Below, piece by piece: positions 1 through 11,900 of a DNA stretch of 34,589 bases. Source of the DNA: Hydrurus foetidus. Lineage: Eukaryota. Numbering within the stretch: the first letter of the stretch is position 1; each line of letters opens with the position of its first letter. Location: positions 62,001-96,589 of the forward strand of contig UYFQ01000416.1 in assembly GCA_900617105.1 (NCBI GenBank), given 5' to 3'. Both the position numbers and the translations under genes were made by a program. The notes under the pieces were generated by a model. It was not told the origin of the DNA and did no database searches. It saw only the letters and a list, made by a program, of their open reading frames with translations.

Positions 1-6
1 TATGTA

Positions 7-667
7 CCCAGCAGTACAGTCAGTCACCCCTTCGAATCTAAATTTGGACAGAAAAAGTGTAAAACGTAAAACTGTTGAACCCATGAGGAAGTTTTACAGT
101 AAAAACGAATATTTTTTTAAGAGTCGCCGGCCCTAAGTGGGGTGTTTCCTGCTTGTGTGGATTAAAAACGGCTTTTTGTACTTTCACAGCCAATTTCCTT
201 TTTGCCCGATGTTCCGCATTTTAGCGAATCCGTCAGAATGGATTTCACCGTTTTATTCAGCGTAAAATTTACCTCTTGAGGGGGTTGCATCTTGCAGTCT
301 CCAATTATCAAATCTCAATTATTTTTCGAATTCCAAATTTATCCATGACTTGAATCAGCTCCAGGGATCTCCTACGGGCGAGAGAAATAATTTGTCATAC
401 TGTATAATCTTTTTTTTTAAAAAGAGTCCGTGGGCCATGACACACGGGTTATTGATGGGTGGGTTGGAGACATATTGTTATTGCAAGCGGATATTCCTCA
501 CTACTTTACGTTAGACAAAATAATTGATACCATCGTGTTCAACGATAATTGTTTCGATAGAGGGGTTTCCATCGCCGAATCTAAAATATTCAGATACGCT
601 CAAGAAATCTTCAAAAAAATCAGATTCCTATTTTTACCAGTGGAATGTGCGAAACTGCACAGCTGGG
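7..667. mobile_element. Possible non-autonomous DNA transposon (CCCAG-type termini, CMC/EnSpm-like)
   Basis: CCCAGCAGTACAGT at 7-20 matches the reverse complement of 654-667 (CCCAGCTGTGCAGT) at 12/14 positions; AT-rich interior without a convincing ORF. The flanks (TA versus GC) do not form a TSD. Confidence 0.25.
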
Positions 668-1241
668 GCTAGCGACTTAAAATGGAGTGCCACTTTCCAG
701 TTGCTATTTATGGCAGGCAATTACTGCTTTTCTAAGTATCCCGAGTTGAAATGAAATAGAAAATAAAAAAGAGTTCGGATAACTCTACTGGTTTACTTCG
801 GGTGAGTGACCATCGTAACGTGACGACAGATAAATCACAGCACTAAAACGCAGCACCATCCTATTGGCGTGGAGCACATATGTTACTACTACTAGACTAA
901 CTAATCAAAAACGGAATGACTAATAAAAGAACCAACTACGGAGTATCTAGAATAACAATTGGTCGGGGTGTTCCAAAAGCGCTATTCAAGACGTTATTTA
1001 ATCAAAACATTCTCTCAAATTGAGGCGAGGCGGACATTATAACCTGATCGTCCCGTACGCGAACACGATCGTACGTACATAGAGCGTAAATTGTACCGCT
1101 TGGGTAGGAATCCACATCGAATTTAATACTACTTCATCACTGTCAGTATCTGTCTACTACCGTGTAGAAGCGACATACGTCATCGTAATCTGCGTCATTG
1201 TAATCGACTTCATTAAGAATACCATCTTCCACTTACTGCTT

Positions 1242-3731
1242 CTAAGTATTAGCTACACCTGCGGGTTGATCCGAATTCGCATCAGAATTCTGACAGTTAC
1301 CAATAGATTTCACCCATTTCGAGACTGTCGTGCATGCGAATAGAGAACCCTTATTTTGTCCGGATCGGATAGCTGCAAGTCTCCATGAGATAGGTGGTAG
1401 ACAGAGAAGAATCTTTGCGCCGATAACGATGATCGGAAATCCAATTATAATCCAAGTCACTGTAGGTCGAAAGAGATGCTTGGAATAAGATTGATTCCAT
1501 GCAGTTTCGTTGCCATGATTAAAAGTAGTCATTGCCACAATAGGAGTGATCGGTATATGTTGCAATGGCAGAGAAAAATTAACATGAAAGGAAAAGTCAA
1601 AGCAAAAGAAGAATTCTGCTTGAATGCACGTACGTGTTGGTACTCCCCCGATCCATTTTGAAAGTTGCAACTCAGGGTTGAGGGGACTGAAGTTTTCGCA
1701 AGCTAGGCCGCGATCATTGCACAAGCTATTCACAAGTAGAAGGAAGGTGTGAATGCCTGCCATGGCTAGGCCGAGATACCCAAGCACTGATTGAATGAAT
1801 GTCCACTCACTCCAACTCAGTTTTTGGGCGACCGAGGGTAGAGAGCACAGACCAAGAATGAGATAAAGAGAAAAGGAAAATATTCCCATTATCATGGAGC
1901 CTTCTCCCCATCTGTATGAATAGAATAGAGAAGAATAGAAAAAAAATGTCATTGAGGCGAAGTAAGTCGATTTGATACGTCGACGTTCATGAACACAGAA
2001 ATGATGATGTGGAGGGTATCGACGGATCGATTCTGCAGTAGCTGGAGAATAAATCTCACACTAGCACGATATCTGTGCTATGTAGAGATACACAAGATGC
2101 AGTACACACTCCCATCTCATCCGACGGTACAGTGCGGTACACACGGTATGGTACAGTGTAGTATAATATAACGAAGTATAATGGAGCGAAGTGTACCTGT
2201 TCATTTTGGTGCTCGTTCCTTTTGGACCGAGGTCGTACACACTGGTTGGCATCAGCAGAAGACTCGTCACGATGGCGTGCTGCAATGTAGAGTACAGGGC
2301 GAGTAAGCCGAGCATCTTTCTCGTTGACAGCCAATATGCCAGCCACATTGGGAACGCTTTCCTGCTTGTGCCAATTATGAGTTGGTACACAGCAGCGACT
2401 ATGCCCGCGAGATAAACAATGCTGAAGAGAAGTAGCGCATATCGTCCAGTGATGTTGGCGAGTATTCTGGTGTACACGTGCGGGTTGCCGACTGTGTACG
2501 TTAGAATAGAGAAGTTTAGAGGTTGTTAAAGCACAGTGTTGCGACAATACAGGACAATACAAACGGACTCAACACAATCACGTAATGTGGAGATAAAGTC
2601 GTAGACGAAGGACATTCCTCTCATTTCATGCATCACAGAACGTTCCTCCAGGAAACGCACCTGGGTTCCAATACCAAGATGGATTGTACAGAATGATGAA
2701 CATCAAACTAGGAAGAGCGATGATGGCAGCTGACTTCCATTCTGAGAAGAATTTGAAAGGAAGGGCTTCAAGTGATCTGGCATTTCTAAGAACACCAACA
2801 TCCCTACAGTTATGCAAATGAGAAGAAAAAGAAGATGTGAAAAAGGGAAAGAGATAGGCGATGATGGGTTACAGTCAACCGGTATATTACAATAGTTCTC
2901 AATATCTTATCGAGATCACATCAGGAGATTCCTCGAGAAGAGAAAATCATATATATAGGGGATGATCAGACTGGACCGGGCCAGACTAACGCTCGAACAG
3001 AACACGCAGTGCAGGACGATGCTTATCAGAATCAGAAAGCCGCTTTCGATGCACATGGAATTCTGCATGTTGTGACACCCAATGAAGCGATGCAAAGTAA
3101 GGAGAAATGAAGTGAAGTGCGTACCTGGGTGTCGCTCCTATGTTCTCCATCAGGGCACGTACATGCACCTTCGCTTCGTCGTTATTCCCGCAGTAGCGCA
3201 GTTGCTTGTCGCTGGGACCTCTATTCAACTCGTAGGCGCTTGTGTCGCTGAATGCTTTCACGACGTGACAGCCTGGTATGCTCCGTTGGAGCTCCTCAGC
3301 CGCTGACAGAATGTGCTTCTTGTGTGGCTTGCGATTGCAGCAATCGATAACAATCTTGTTTAGTGCGAGCTCCACGAGTACAGGAACAAGATTCTTATGT
3401 GCATATTGAGGAACTGCGAGTATTATGATGTCGCTGTTTCTGCAAGCCTCCGCAACCGACACATGATTACAGACAATGTCGAATCTTCTGGACTGCGGGA
3501 GCCGATGACGACTGCATAGTTGGCGTCCACGATGCGCCTCGCAAGGGCTCGACCTATCCAGCCCGCTCCGATGATTGCAACTTTATTATCATTTTTCTGT
3601 TCCTCGTCGCTCTCAGGATTGAATTCTGCCGCCGGTCCAACGAGGTCGAGCTCCTTTCCGTCTGAGTGGTATGACGGAATTCTATCTATGAAGGTTTTTA
3701 TGTTGGAATTCATGGTCTTCATCAGTCGCAT
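1242..3731 (-). CDS. STEAP-family metalloreductase (N-terminal NADPH-binding F420H2:NADP+ oxidoreductase-like domain plus ferric reductase TM domain); frameshifted, possibly a pseudogene
   Basis: Rossmann motif VAIIGAGWIGRALA..VVIGSR, then DIIILAVP, KIVIDCCN and VVKAFSD. TM part shows IVYLAGIVAAVYQL, FPMWLAYWLSTRKMLGLL..QH, LCSLPSVAQKLSWSEWTFIQSVLGY..IHT and KILLCLPPISWRLAAIRSG, all STEAP-like. Inferred exons 3731-3125 (frameshift near 3460-3463), 2803-2661, 2491-2197 and 1911-1242 are joined by in-phase GT-AG introns. Confidence 0.85.
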
Positions 3732-3822
3732 CCACTTCCACTGAAATATATTCAGATGTTGTTGGTAGAGATAGAGTTATCGTGCAGTCTGCAACTTTAG
3801 TAATCACAATATTGCAAACCAT

Positions 3823-3863
3823 TGGATCCAGTTTGCACTTCGTCAGAAATGGATCCAGTTGCA
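3823..3863. promoter_or_regulatory. Duplicated motif TGGATCCAGTT(T)GCA upstream of the STEAP-like gene
   Basis: TGGATCCAGTT at 3823-3833 and 3850-3860 (27-bp period) with a palindromic TGGATCCA core, about 90-130 bp upstream of the ATG at 3731. The regulatory role is inferred only. Confidence 0.25.
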
Positions 3864-4495
3864 TTTTATGCACGCGAATCCGAAGCTTCTCTCGACATTG
3901 GAAAAGACTCCGCTGGGAAGAGTAAGCCAATGAAGAATGTCTCCATTTTTTCAGGTATGAATCTGTGAATTTGTAATTTTAGTTCATATTTTGACGGCAA
4001 ATAAAAAATAAAGCGGGTTGGAAAAAAGAAAAAATCGTTGTGCACTCACAGCTAAATGGATGAAAAGACATCGAATAGGATGAAAAAATAGCAAACTATT
4101 GTATGTATGGGTTTCAGTATAATATGGGTCAGTGTTCGAAACCAGTATCATCCCTTTTTCCTAGTTGCCATGATATCGACGTTTCCGTCGTTAAACCTAC
4201 CGTGCGCTAAAGAGTCCCTGCAACCGCGCTGTATTTTTCTGTAGGTTGGAAAGCTCACTCCCCACTCAACATCATCACAACTGGCTTCATTATAACAGAG
4301 GCGATAAATTGAATAGAATTTTACAGAATAGAAGAAAATAGAATACCAAATTAAACGAAGTTTAAGATACAATTGGGATTTCTGGAATAGCAATACGCAT
4401 AAAATTACAGTGTGTACAAATAATATTGAAATACCTAGTGCTTATACATGCATATGATGTCGATAGGCGCCGTATATTATGTATGACGATTTACA

Positions 4496-5880
4496 CTACT
4501 TCATCTCCCTGGTTTTGTACTGTCCCCCTATAGGGATGCTCGCTCCATCATTGAGATATGCACTGCCACTCCCACCCCTCCTGCCTCTCGTTCTTCCCCC
4601 ACTATATCCACTGGTCCTCCCAACACCAGCACCTGCTCTGCCTCCTCCTTCAATGCGTGTGGTGCGACCTATCCTGGATGACAGGGATTCCAGGTCTCCC
4701 TCAGCCCTGACTGTAGACTGATCAGCTGCAGAGCCGCCGTCTCTATCTCCATCTCCAGCGTGAGTGCTGTCAGCATCAGTATCAAGGCGTATCTTTGCCC
4801 CTTGGATGAATTCTCTACCAGCACCCACACCTCTGCCCAGCCCCATCCCCGCCCCTGATCTGTCCCCCCCAACGCGTCCTCCCCCCCTCCCGCCCCCTCC
4901 CCGCTTGATCCCCCTAATAGCCGAGCCGTCACTGCCATTGACTCCCTTTCCTGCCTTTGACCCGCTCCTGGATCCCCTCGTGTTCATGTGGATGGGCTGA
5001 TCTCTAATAGCCTGTGAATTCTGCCTGCGAGAATCTCCCTCAGTCTTCGAGTAGCTTGGCTCATCATCTGAACTATTGTAGTCCGACACGTCGTCACTAT
5101 CACCGTCATGATCAGCATTGGCATGAGCAGTAGCTGTTTTTTCTGCTGTCAGTCTGGTGACGGCATCTACCCAAGATCCCTGCCGAGCGACATCTTCGTA
5201 TCTTCGGAAAGCATAAGAGAATCAGGTGGTGGAATTTAGTGAGGTTATCAGTTGAGATCTATGTGATTATGGTGCGATGCAATTACGCACTGACAGACAG
5301 ACAGACAGACAGACAGAGTCAAGCATCAACACAGACACAAAGACACTGGTAGGAGATATCCATGTTTAGGCACCTTGTCTTTGCAGCAGCTCCAGCTGGC
5401 GCAACACCACCGATGGAGACGAATTTCCCCTGATGCGATGAATAATGGACGGTATCTGTTAGCAAAGCAAAATGCACTAATTTCTATTCTGTCTGTTCAG
5501 AAACTGATAAAGGAAGAGTGTTGAACACATCCTCCCTCTCCCTTTCCCTCCCTCCCTCCCTCTCACTTTCCGTCTCTCTCTTTCTGTCACTCCATGTATC
5601 ACCTTCTACCTCCTCTCTAACGCACGTACCTGATAGAACACGTGTAGCCGCACTCTATCCCCAGACACGCTCATCGCGTTGTTCATGGTTGAGTTCTTGT
5701 GAGTTACTCTCTGTCTCGCTTTGCCTGCATTGCTGTTGTTACTGCTGCCTCCATTGTTGCTGCTGTTGCTATTGTTGTGTGTGTTGATGGTGTTCATGTT
5801 GTTGGCGTTGACATTGCTGACGTGATTGCTGCTGTTGTAACTCTGACTATTCATGCTGTAACCGTTGCTATGACTGTTGC

Positions 5881-5916
<36 letters not shown>

Positions 5917-8900
5917 TGCTGCTAGCACTACCACCACTAAAATTCTTCAGTGCCTGTCCTGCACCTAAAGCAGCTACACGAGAGGAAGAGGCCAAGAGAC
6001 CGGATAAGCTGTTGGAAGACCCGTGTGCTCTCTTGATCTCCGCTCTCTGCATCACGCTCTTGACGTGTGTTGGTCTATTTCTGCTGTGGCTACTACTACT
6101 GTAATTGTAACTGCCATTGTTGCCAATGTTATTATGATTATTATTGTTACTGTTGTGGGCATCGTTGTTAGAGGCGCTTCCTCCTGAGCTCACAGCACTG
6201 CCTCCAAAGTCATTGTTACCATGGCCGTTGCTGTTACTGTTGGTGATGTTAGATGAGTTGTCGGATGTGCTGGCGCCCTTGTATGGGTGACGCACAGTAT
6301 TGCCACCTCCTGCCAGGTGGTTGTATTTCTGATTATGACTGCCACTGATGTCGCTTGCGTGCCTGTTGTGATAGTGTCTGTCAGAACGCTGCATGTAGTT
6401 GAGGTTGTTGGCTGCCTTGCTGCTCAGTGTGTGCACATGTCTTCTGTGTGCTGTATCACCACTACGACCACTCTGACTCTGTTGGCTCTGTTGATACTGA
6501 TACTGATACTGATACTGTTGTTGTTGTTGCTGGTTATAGTTATTCTGCTGTTGTCGGAATTGCTTTCTGTTGTTGGACACAATTGTGCTCAATGCTGCGA
6601 TCTTGCTCGCAGTGTAACACCCTCTTTCCTCTTCGCTCTTATACATCTCCCAAGTACGTGACCAAGTGTCCTGTTGTTCCCCATCCAGGAGAGGGGCTGT
6701 TCCGTGTTCTGGTGAGACTTGTTTCGTTACAACCTCTAATTCTTGTCCCCCCAGGGATTTCAATGAAAGCCCCTTTGTGTACCCTCTCTGCACACTGCGT
6801 CTCACAGCGTTCCTGAGCATCGCGGTGAGTTGAGAAGGAGAGTAGGACAGGTTTGCTCGTAAGAAGAAGTCTTCATAGTCGGACACTGCCATGATAGCGG
6901 AGTATTCTTCCGTCATGCTGCTGTGCATAGCTGCGGTAGGTCGACCTAGACTAGAGTTGTACACCTTTAAAACATGGCTTTGGCTTTGACTTTGACTCTG
7001 ACTGTTGCTCTGACTCTGACTTTGACTCGGAGTATGGCCCTGCATCTCCTTCACACCAAGATTGTCCACGTCACCCACACTCACACTGATACTGGAATCA
7101 GGTCCAAGGTTCACGTCTTTGTCTCCTTGTCCCCGAAGACGTTCCGACTCACATGCAGTCACTGATGGCTTTAATGCATGTGCGGATGCGGATGCAGAGG
7201 GTGTTGGCAGTGCTGCGACCTTTCGGGCTATGAACCTCAGGAAGAATACTTGAAACATCATCAGTCGGAGGGACTTCTTCGTAGCCTGACAGCCATAGAA
7301 AAGAATAAGATTGATTTGAAATCAGCGGAAAGGATTTAAGCGTATTCATAAATCGAAACAGGAATGCCAATAGTCATTTAACGTACCTGAAAAGTGGTCA
7401 CTAGTCTGTACGGACAGATGGGATCGGTCTCTAGCACTGCCAGCTCGGAGTAGGAGGACAGGGGCGTGTCTGTGTGGGAGCTGTGAGGGGAGTGGCCACT
7501 ATCCGTGCACCCACTGCTGTTGCAATTGTTCGCGTTGCTGCTATTGCTATTGTTGTTATTGGCACTAGTGACATGGGCGGAGTCAGAGAGGGGGCTCTGA
7601 CTGCTTCCTCTCTGAGCAAAGGTGGGTGCAGAGAGGTGGCGAGATGTCAATCCTTCGTGCATGTTGCTCGAGCTAATGGCACTGTTCGTGTCCGTACAGT
7701 CATCCCCGTACGCACTGCCTCCATAATGGCTCCCTCCCCCTCCCCCTCCCCCTCTGCTCCTGTTGAAGTCTCTAGACAGGGTCAGCAGGGACTGGGCTGC
7801 TGAAGGACCGGATAGAGAGAGGGAAAGGGAAGGGAAGGAAGACTCGTGACCTTTCTGCACTTCTGCTGTCCCCTGTCCTTGCCCCTGTCCTTGCCCATGT
7901 GTTTGTCCCTTTGGGGCACCTTTGTTGTGTGGGGAGAGGAACCAGGACACCTGTCTGACGAGAGATTCCTCGAAGCACGCTGAAGCCACCTCTGCGTCCC
8001 ACCCTCTGTCAGACACCAGCAAGTTGATCAAAAACCTTTAGAGAGGGAAGCAAGGCAAGAGGAGAGGGGATGCCACAGTAAGATCGATTGACATTGTGAT
8101 GGTGATTGTGGTGGTGAGGAGTAGCAGATTTCAAGCTTCGCAGATAGGTTTGTATAGAGGGTTGTAGTCAAGGACACGGTGTGTTGATACGCGGTGGTAA
8201 TAGAGAAGAAGTCGCTGAGTCACCAGACTGATCTTTCGCACTGTGCGGGTGCTATGAATGAATTCCGGGTCAGATGGAGAGATTACGAAAGGAACAGAAC
8301 GACAGGGTAAAGGGCTTGGAAAAATGAAATCAAACGAAAGCAGGCAAGAGAAGGCAAGACTAGAGTAGCTCACTGAGATGTCGAGTAGATTCGCCTCTTA
8401 AAAGGTGGACAGGTAAAAATGTGAGGGTGAGGGTGAGGGTCACCTGCCGAGATCTGGTGTGTTGTTCTTGTTTCTCTGCTCTGGGTTAGAGAGGAAAGCC
8501 TCCACACACTTGTTAGCAGTCACTCGCCACGAAGGGTCCCGGTCTGATAAGAACAACAGCATATGGTGGAATCGAACATACCCTAGGGGAGGGGAGAGTG
8601 GAGTTGAATATTGATAGGAACATGTGTGTTGTTACTTTATATGTTGCAGTCATGTCATGTCATGTCATGTCATGTCATGTCATGTCATGCTGTAGTGTGT
8701 CATGTCATGTCATGTCATGTCATGTCATGTCATGTCATGTCATGTCATGTCATGTCATGTCATGTCATGCTGTAGTGTGTCATGTCATGTCATGTCATGT
8801 CATGCTGTAGTGTGTCATGTCATGCTGTAGTGTGTCATGTCATGTCCCATCATGTCATGTCATGTCATGTCATGTCATGTCATGTCATGTCATTACATGT

Positions 8901-11900
8901 CATCTGATACATGACGTCATGTCCCATCATGTCATTTGAACGCACACGCCATATCAAGCATAGAGGAGGGGATGTAAAGACACCCATCCCTCAGAGTACG
9001 TGCAAAGACGTCAACAACACAACACTGAAGCGTACCCGATATTGTGTCGTCAGAGATGGGTTGTCCTGTCTCTGCACTGTTGCACAGAGAGAGCACTGTG
9101 CTGTTCATCAACGCTGATATCACTCGGAACCCACAGTGGTGGTCGAACTCAGGCAAGCTAAAAAACAGGGACAGGGCGACATAGGAAGATGATGTGAGAT
9201 TGTGTCATATTGAAGGTTATTGCATATGATGGAATGGGTCTCAATAGTGCAGAGAGGATGTAAAGTAGAAATAAGAGGTGTAGATGCTGCTAGAAGTGTG
9301 GTGCAGGACAGTGCAGTGCATTGGAGTGTATAGAAGTGCAGTGCATAGCAGAGCATTGCAGTGTATAGCAGAGCAGAGCAGTGCAGTGCATAGCACTGCA
9401 TTGTGGCATATAGCAGTTCAGTGCAGTGAATAGCAGAGCAGTGCATAGCAGTGCAGTGTAGAGCATTGCATTGCAGTGTATAGCAGTGCAGTGTACAGCA
9501 TTGCATTGTTGAGCAAGAGGTGAATCGAGATGGTGTCAAAGTGTTGGAGAAATGTGGATGCGAATCACAATACGTGCAATTACACAGCACACAAGAAAAT
9601 CGATGGATAGTCTATCATTGCAGAAATAAAAATGTTTTTGTCAATAGTATCATAGTATAGTAGTATAATCTGTCATTGCAACTATCCATCCCTCACCGCA
9701 GTTGAGGTACGTGCGTGGGGGTCAGTCTCCTCAGAACCAGACCCTCTCTCGTAACAACAGGTGCTGATTGAGGACCCACCGATGTCTCGTACTGCTGCTC
9801 GTTTAGTCTGGGAAAGAAGGAGAAGGAATTCGAGCAAATAGAGGTGATGCAAGGTTAGAGGGCTAGATAGAGCAGTGGCAAGATTAAGAGGGGTATGGGG
9901 AGAGAGGATACCACTGGATGTGACGCTCAAGGTGTGACTTATCGTAATTATTAGACATCTGCATTGGCAACATGAGGTGACTAGACAAGTAGTGCTACTC
10001 AATGTCTGAGGAATCGTATGAATAAACCTATCACCACGTCAGACGGACATCTGCATTGATAACATGAGGTGACTGGACAAGTAGTGCTACTCAATGTCTG
10101 AGGAATCGTATGAATAAACCTATCACCACGTCAGACGGACTTCCTATGCTATGCCCACTATAGCTGTACTCGCACATATACATGAGCACAGTCACATTAG
10201 TGTACCTGTCCAGTCTAAGCAACTCTTCCAACAGGAGAGGCAACGCTCGGTGTGCATGTTCCTCGTCCACTATGAGGGGGAGGAAGCGGGTGGTGAACTT
10301 CCTATCGTCTCGAGAAGTCAGAGCGGATGAGCTGGGGTAGAGGTTAAGATGGGATGCGATGGTGGTCGCGGTGTTTGTTGTGGTGTTGCTCAGCAGAGAG
10401 CTTGTTGAGACACAGCTGGCATCGTCATCATCCACTGCTTCTATCACTGCACCCATGCCCATCCCGTCCCTTTTGAGCTTCATGTCTGTTTCTTTGAGTG
10501 CGGTCAAGTGACGTAAGTAGTACGTCAGCGAGAAGCACTTGAGCTGCACTTCAACAGACTCGATGCGCTGTCAATTAGGAACAGTAAAAGTGGCAGTGGA
10601 AGATAAGATGAGAGAGTGGAGCGATGTAGATTCGACACTCATACATGAGGAATGGATGGTGCGATTACACTTACTCACGAGATGTCACATGGTTGGATGT
10701 ATGGAGAAAGGGCAAGGTCTAGAAGAGATGAGTACTATGTACCACATATCAGTGGAAGCTATATCATGCCATGAAGAGAGGGAGAAAGAGACAAAAATTT
10801 CTTCACACCTGTACGGGATAGAATCCATCACTGGAGGAATCAGTCACCCCCGGGGGGTTCTTGATGAAATGACGGACGACCAACATGATGCCTAGAATGT
10901 CCTCTAAAGATAGAAAAGACAGTAAGGGTGCATTCAGTCTAGAGATGTAATAGCTGCGAAAAAGAAAGGACAAGACAAGACAAGACAAGACAAGACAAGA
11001 CAAGACAAGACAAGACAAGACAAGACAAGACAGTACAAAAATTCCGCAGTCTATAGGACAAGAGAAGAGGAAGGAATCACCGCTGAACCGTCATCACAGA
11101 TGTGCATACCACGCACCTCTGTAAGACAGTCGCAGCTTGCAACACCGAGTGTGACTCAGACTGGTCTGCAGCTCAGCGTATCTGCGGAAGGCCTTGTTGG
11201 CAAGTTCGATGCGGGCTAGTTCCTGAGGTCCAAGGTCCGTGGGGGTCGGACCGGATAAAAGGTCCTCTTTTTCTTTTTCACCTCTTCTTTCATTTTCTTT
11301 TTCTTGACCTTTTTCTTTTTCTTTGGGTTTTGATTTGGACCGTTTGCTCGTATGAGGTACGGAGAGGACACGTTTGAGTCCATCCTTGGAGATCAACTGT
11401 AGGTGTGCTGCGCCTTCGGTCTGATGGAATGAGAGGAGGGTGAATAAAGGTGATTCACGTGAGACATGAGAAAAACAGGGGATATAAGGGGTAGACTGCA
11501 TGTGGCATATCACACATGTCCTATCACACATCTTCTGTTAGGACACAGCCCGTACCTGGTAGGCATCTGCTAGTGCGTGTCTGGTCTTGATGTCGTCAGG
11601 CACAGCCCTCAAAGCTCTTCGAAGACGATCAGACGCCATGCCAACAAGGCGCAGCACTATACCTGTAGTAGTGAGTTGGAAGAAAGAAGGCATATGCATT
11701 AGTAGAGGTATATAGGTGCAATCGTTGAAGGTAGGGTAGAAAGGACGATTAAATAGATACAGTATCATGGGATTCTATGATAGACAAGTAGATATGGCAG
11801 ATGGAATCTTTGGGTGCGACTTAGTGAAGGTACTTAAAACGTATGACCGAATCCTCAAGGAAAAACAGTCACTATGCAATAACTATTCTGTCTGCGTGGT

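Noticed and set aside
430..754. Two short overlapping plus-strand ORFs
   Set aside because: Non-ATG starts, no motifs, within probable repeat-derived AT-rich DNA.
4148..4393. Minus-strand 81-aa ORF as a further CLU exon or small gene
   Set aside because: It lies beyond the stop at 4496, is AT-rich and has no recognisable motif or clear splice link.
8598..9590. Cys/His-rich ORFs resembling metallothionein or zinc-finger proteins
   Set aside because: They are translations of pentamer satellites inside introns of the CLU gene.
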